A stretch of DNA of 62,999 nucleotides, counting the filler, from Corallochytrium limacisporum Hawaii (lineage: Eukaryota > Protista > Pluriformea): assembly GCA_002811645.1 (NCBI GenBank). It is 5 parts of 5 records of this genome, joined end to end, with 100 filler letters (N's around TTAATTAATTAA, not from the genome) between each part and the next. Parts side by side here need not be neighbours in the genome. Positions count along the whole stretch, not along the records: positions 56,376 to 62,999 come from PDIP01000154.1; 4 more parts are not named here. The stretch is one strand, 5' to 3'. The notes beneath the pieces were generated by a model. That model searched no databases. It saw only the letters and a program-made list of their open reading frames with translations, and had not been told where the DNA came from. This document shows positions 60,300 through 62,999 of the stretch, in pieces (the first letter of the stretch is position 1; every line of letters begins with the position of its first letter). The position numbers and the translations under genes are program-made.

Positions 60300-61178
60300 A
60301 GATCGAATAGCGTCGCCGGCCCCCGCTTGCGCTGTCAGCGCTGAGAGGTGAAAAACATGTTAGGAAGGGTCGTTCTGGACCGGTGCGACACCTGATTACT
60401 CGGTCATTGGCAAAACGGAAACAGAAAGGGCGGCGAGTAGGAGAAAAGTAAGCTCACGTGGAACCAAAGACCTTGCTTTGCAACGCAGTGGTGCATGGTC
60501 AAAGGGAGTAAATAGGAATGTCTCGCTCCGCTGGGTGCGACACAAAGCTCAGTGACCACTCTGTCATTGAGGAAGCGGAACAGAGATGCCCATTACTTGG
60601 TCATTACAAATCCGGAACAGAAATTCTTCGGAACCGGGCATGGAGCGCGCTAAGCTTCTGACTTGCGGTATTTTTCCGGGTGAACGGAACGCTCATGTAA
60701 GAGAAATCGGCGACGGACATGTGAATATACGCGTCTAGATCGTCATCGAGGTCAGCAGGCCGCCACAATTGGTATTTGAAGGCGAACCGGTCCGTCAATT
60801 GATGTCCAACAGTTTGTTGCCCATCAACGTTCTGACTCTTTAGCACGCCCGGCCACGAGAGCCACCTGTGGTTAGAGTCCCATGCTCTGTACTGTACCAG
60901 AGTCATTTCTTGTACAGTACGTACCAGAGTCATTTCTTGTACAGTACGTACCAGAGTCATTTCTTGTACAGTACGTACCAGAGTCATTTCTTGTACAGTA
61001 CGTACCAGAGTCATTTCTTGTACAGTACAAACATGCAACCTTCCAAAACATGAAGCTGGACATCCAAGACACTTTAACTGTTGCTCGGCACTGTCACTAT
61101 TGTTTGTGACTTTATTGATTTTCGGAAGCAACTCGTCTACTAGAATTGCTTCCACATGGCAATGGAACCAAGCTTCCA
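60300..61178 (-). repeat. Right arm of the long imperfect inverted repeat
   Basis: Reverse complement of 57920-58688, with an internal 27-bp expansion. Confidence 0.9.
60894..61028. repeat. Perfect 27-bp minisatellite x5
   Basis: GTACCAGAGTCATTTCTTGTACAGTAC x5, no spacers. Confidence 0.95.
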
Positions 61179-61529
61179 ACTAGAATGAGAGTTCCATGTT
61201 CCATGGTTCCGCCGGCAGGTCACTTGGTTGCAAATAAAGGTCTCATGTTTGGTCCCGCTGCATTGTTACGGTATGCCGCTTCGCAGAGTACCTTACCCAG
61301 ATGGACACTGAATGGTGCCACAATGCTTGCGACATTTAGAGTTCTCGGAAGCCACTTGTCCAACTTAAGATTACCTCTGCAGGTTCCATTTGTTCCAGTG
61401 CCATTTGCACATTTTGAAATTCATGTTCCATGGTTCTGTCGTATTCCAAAATACTTAGAGGAACATCCAAGACACCCCTCTTACCTGTTGCTCGACAGCA
61501 GCAAGTAGCAACAGCAGCAAGTGGCACTA

Positions 61530-62005
61530 GTGCGCCGCATTACAAAAATACTAAGCTGAAGGCGGGCACCCAAGACACGCGTCTCCATGTTCCACGGCTC
61601 CACCAAGACACGCGTCTCCGTCTTCCATGGCTCCACCACCTGAAGGCGGGCACCCGAGGCGGGCACCGGAGACACGCGTCTTAACCTGTTGCTCGGCACT
61701 CCTGGTGCGCCGTATTGTGCAAATTACAACTTTCCGAGATGGAACTGAATGGTGCCGCAATTGCCTGTGACTTTGAGTTCCAAGATGGAACTGAATGGTG
61801 CCAGTGCGTGTCTCGGGTGCCCGCCTTCAGGTGGTGGAGCCATGGAACATGGAGACGCGTGTCTTGGATGTCCGCCCTCATCTTAGTATTTTGCAATGCG
61901 GCGCATCAGTGCAACTCCCCGGTGCTGAGCAACAGGTTAAGACGCGTGTCTCGGATGTACCATGGCTCCACCACATTTAAGGCGGGCATCCAAGACACGC
62001 GTCTT
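61530..62005. repeat. Modular foldback region (nested inverted and direct repeats)
   Basis: AGACACGCGTCT modules in both orientations; about 61531-61660 is an inverted copy of about 61811-61905; TTAACCTGTTGCTC(G/A)GCAC at 61681 is inverted at about 61921. Confidence 0.8.
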
Positions 62006-62007
62006 AT

Positions 62008-62398
62008 TTCGACGGAAAGATCAGCTTCTACCCGTGCGTGATGGAGAAGCCGACTGAGAGGTCTTCCATGAACCGTCCAGCAGGTACCATGGAGTTGCAC
62101 CACAGGTGCCCGACCAAGAAAATGTATGCTGAGCTCGTGAGTACGACCCTCGTAACAAACATTTTAAGCAAATGACCAACTGATTGGAACAATGAATGAC
62201 CGATCAAGCTCGTTCATGACAATGCTAAGCCGCACCTCATCGAATAATGTGAGGTTGTGAAGAATGCAATGCCATGGTCAGAGGCCGAACATGGCTTGCA
62301 GATTCTTATTCACGCGTCAATCACCAAGAAGTTCTGACATGAACGCAAACGACTGCGGTTTCTACAGAAAAATTGACACTTCGCTCACCAAGCCGTAT
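62008..62398 (+). pseudogene. Plant-mariner-like transposase catalytic-core pseudogene (second and third Asp)
   Basis: FDGKISFYPCVMEKPTERSSMNRPAGTME...SK*P...PIKLVHDNAKPH...HGLQIL/(fs)FTRQSPRSSDMNANDCGFY; 3 stops and 1 frameshift. Confidence 0.85.
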
Positions 62399-62999
62399 CC
62401 GGACGATAACGCGAGCAGTTGGGAACTATTTTGGCTTTTGAACCCGTAATTGCCCGCATAACGTTTGACCGGGCTGTGTTGAGGGACGTGAGTTTCGATG
62501 CATTCTTTGCCGAAGTCTTGACTAATAGACCATATTTTACGGGATAGGTGGCAAAAAAGAAACTGGAAATTTAAACTCCAAGAAATATGTCCAAGGCGGT
62601 AAGAGTACGAAATTCCACATCACATGGCAAGGCTCATCGAGTTTGTCCCCCTGCCATATTCGTCTCCGCCTCCACCGCATTGTTCAGAAGAGCATGCGAT
62701 GACGATACCCCGTCCAGAATGGAATCGCACTTCCTGAACGCTATAAGCAAGTACGGAGCCGACGAAGGCAGACTCATGGGACCTGTACGCAGGTACCCCT
62801 ACAACCAGTTCCACAACAAAAACGCCTCGTTTTGAGATCATGCTTCAACTTTTTACTTCATGTACGATTGTACCGGTGGGAGTAATTAGCACTCACATAC
62901 GATAAATGTACTATCCTCTGAGTTGAATGTATACTCCGTATCCAACCAAAATTTTCGTTCGAAAATATATACCGGATCGTGATTTATATGATTATTTAT

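Noticed and set aside
60894-61028. Possible CRISPR array (also the 74-bp array at 57308-57790)
   Set aside because: Units are head-to-tail with no unique spacers, there are no cas genes, and the context is eukaryotic.

Overview
Eukaryotic nuclear DNA from a compact, apparently intron-poor genome. The gene set (ARP8, dynactin p22, calreticulin, fungal-type TYR1 and MET17, peroxisomal ACOX with SKL, a Max-like bHLH, TTAGGG repeats) suggests a unicellular opisthokont; this is inference. The window is not contiguous: four artificial 100-nt linkers (N44-TTAATTAATTAA-N44) join five pieces, 1-16464, 16565-25535, 25636-51798, 51899-56275 and 56376-62999. About 19 single-exon genes are supported. Most notable: (1) a Myc/Max-like bHLH-zipper fused to a single PAS/PAC-like sensor domain; (2) a piece that starts with (CCCTAA)n, where a secreted Cys-rich ORF runs in frame into the repeats, followed by a putative subtelomeric set of orphan secreted proteins that includes a divergent head-to-head paralog pair; (3) a lipid-anchor-motif protein with 21% Met, YYCxxHxC motifs and 11-aa repeats; (4) a Q-rich protein with RFxV motifs resembling long TSC22D/Bunched; (5) a secreted beta-helix protein; (6) three fragments plus a candidate terminal repeat of a plant-mariner-like (DD39D-related) transposon; (7) a repeat-dense last piece with a long inverted repeat around a 1.6-kb core.
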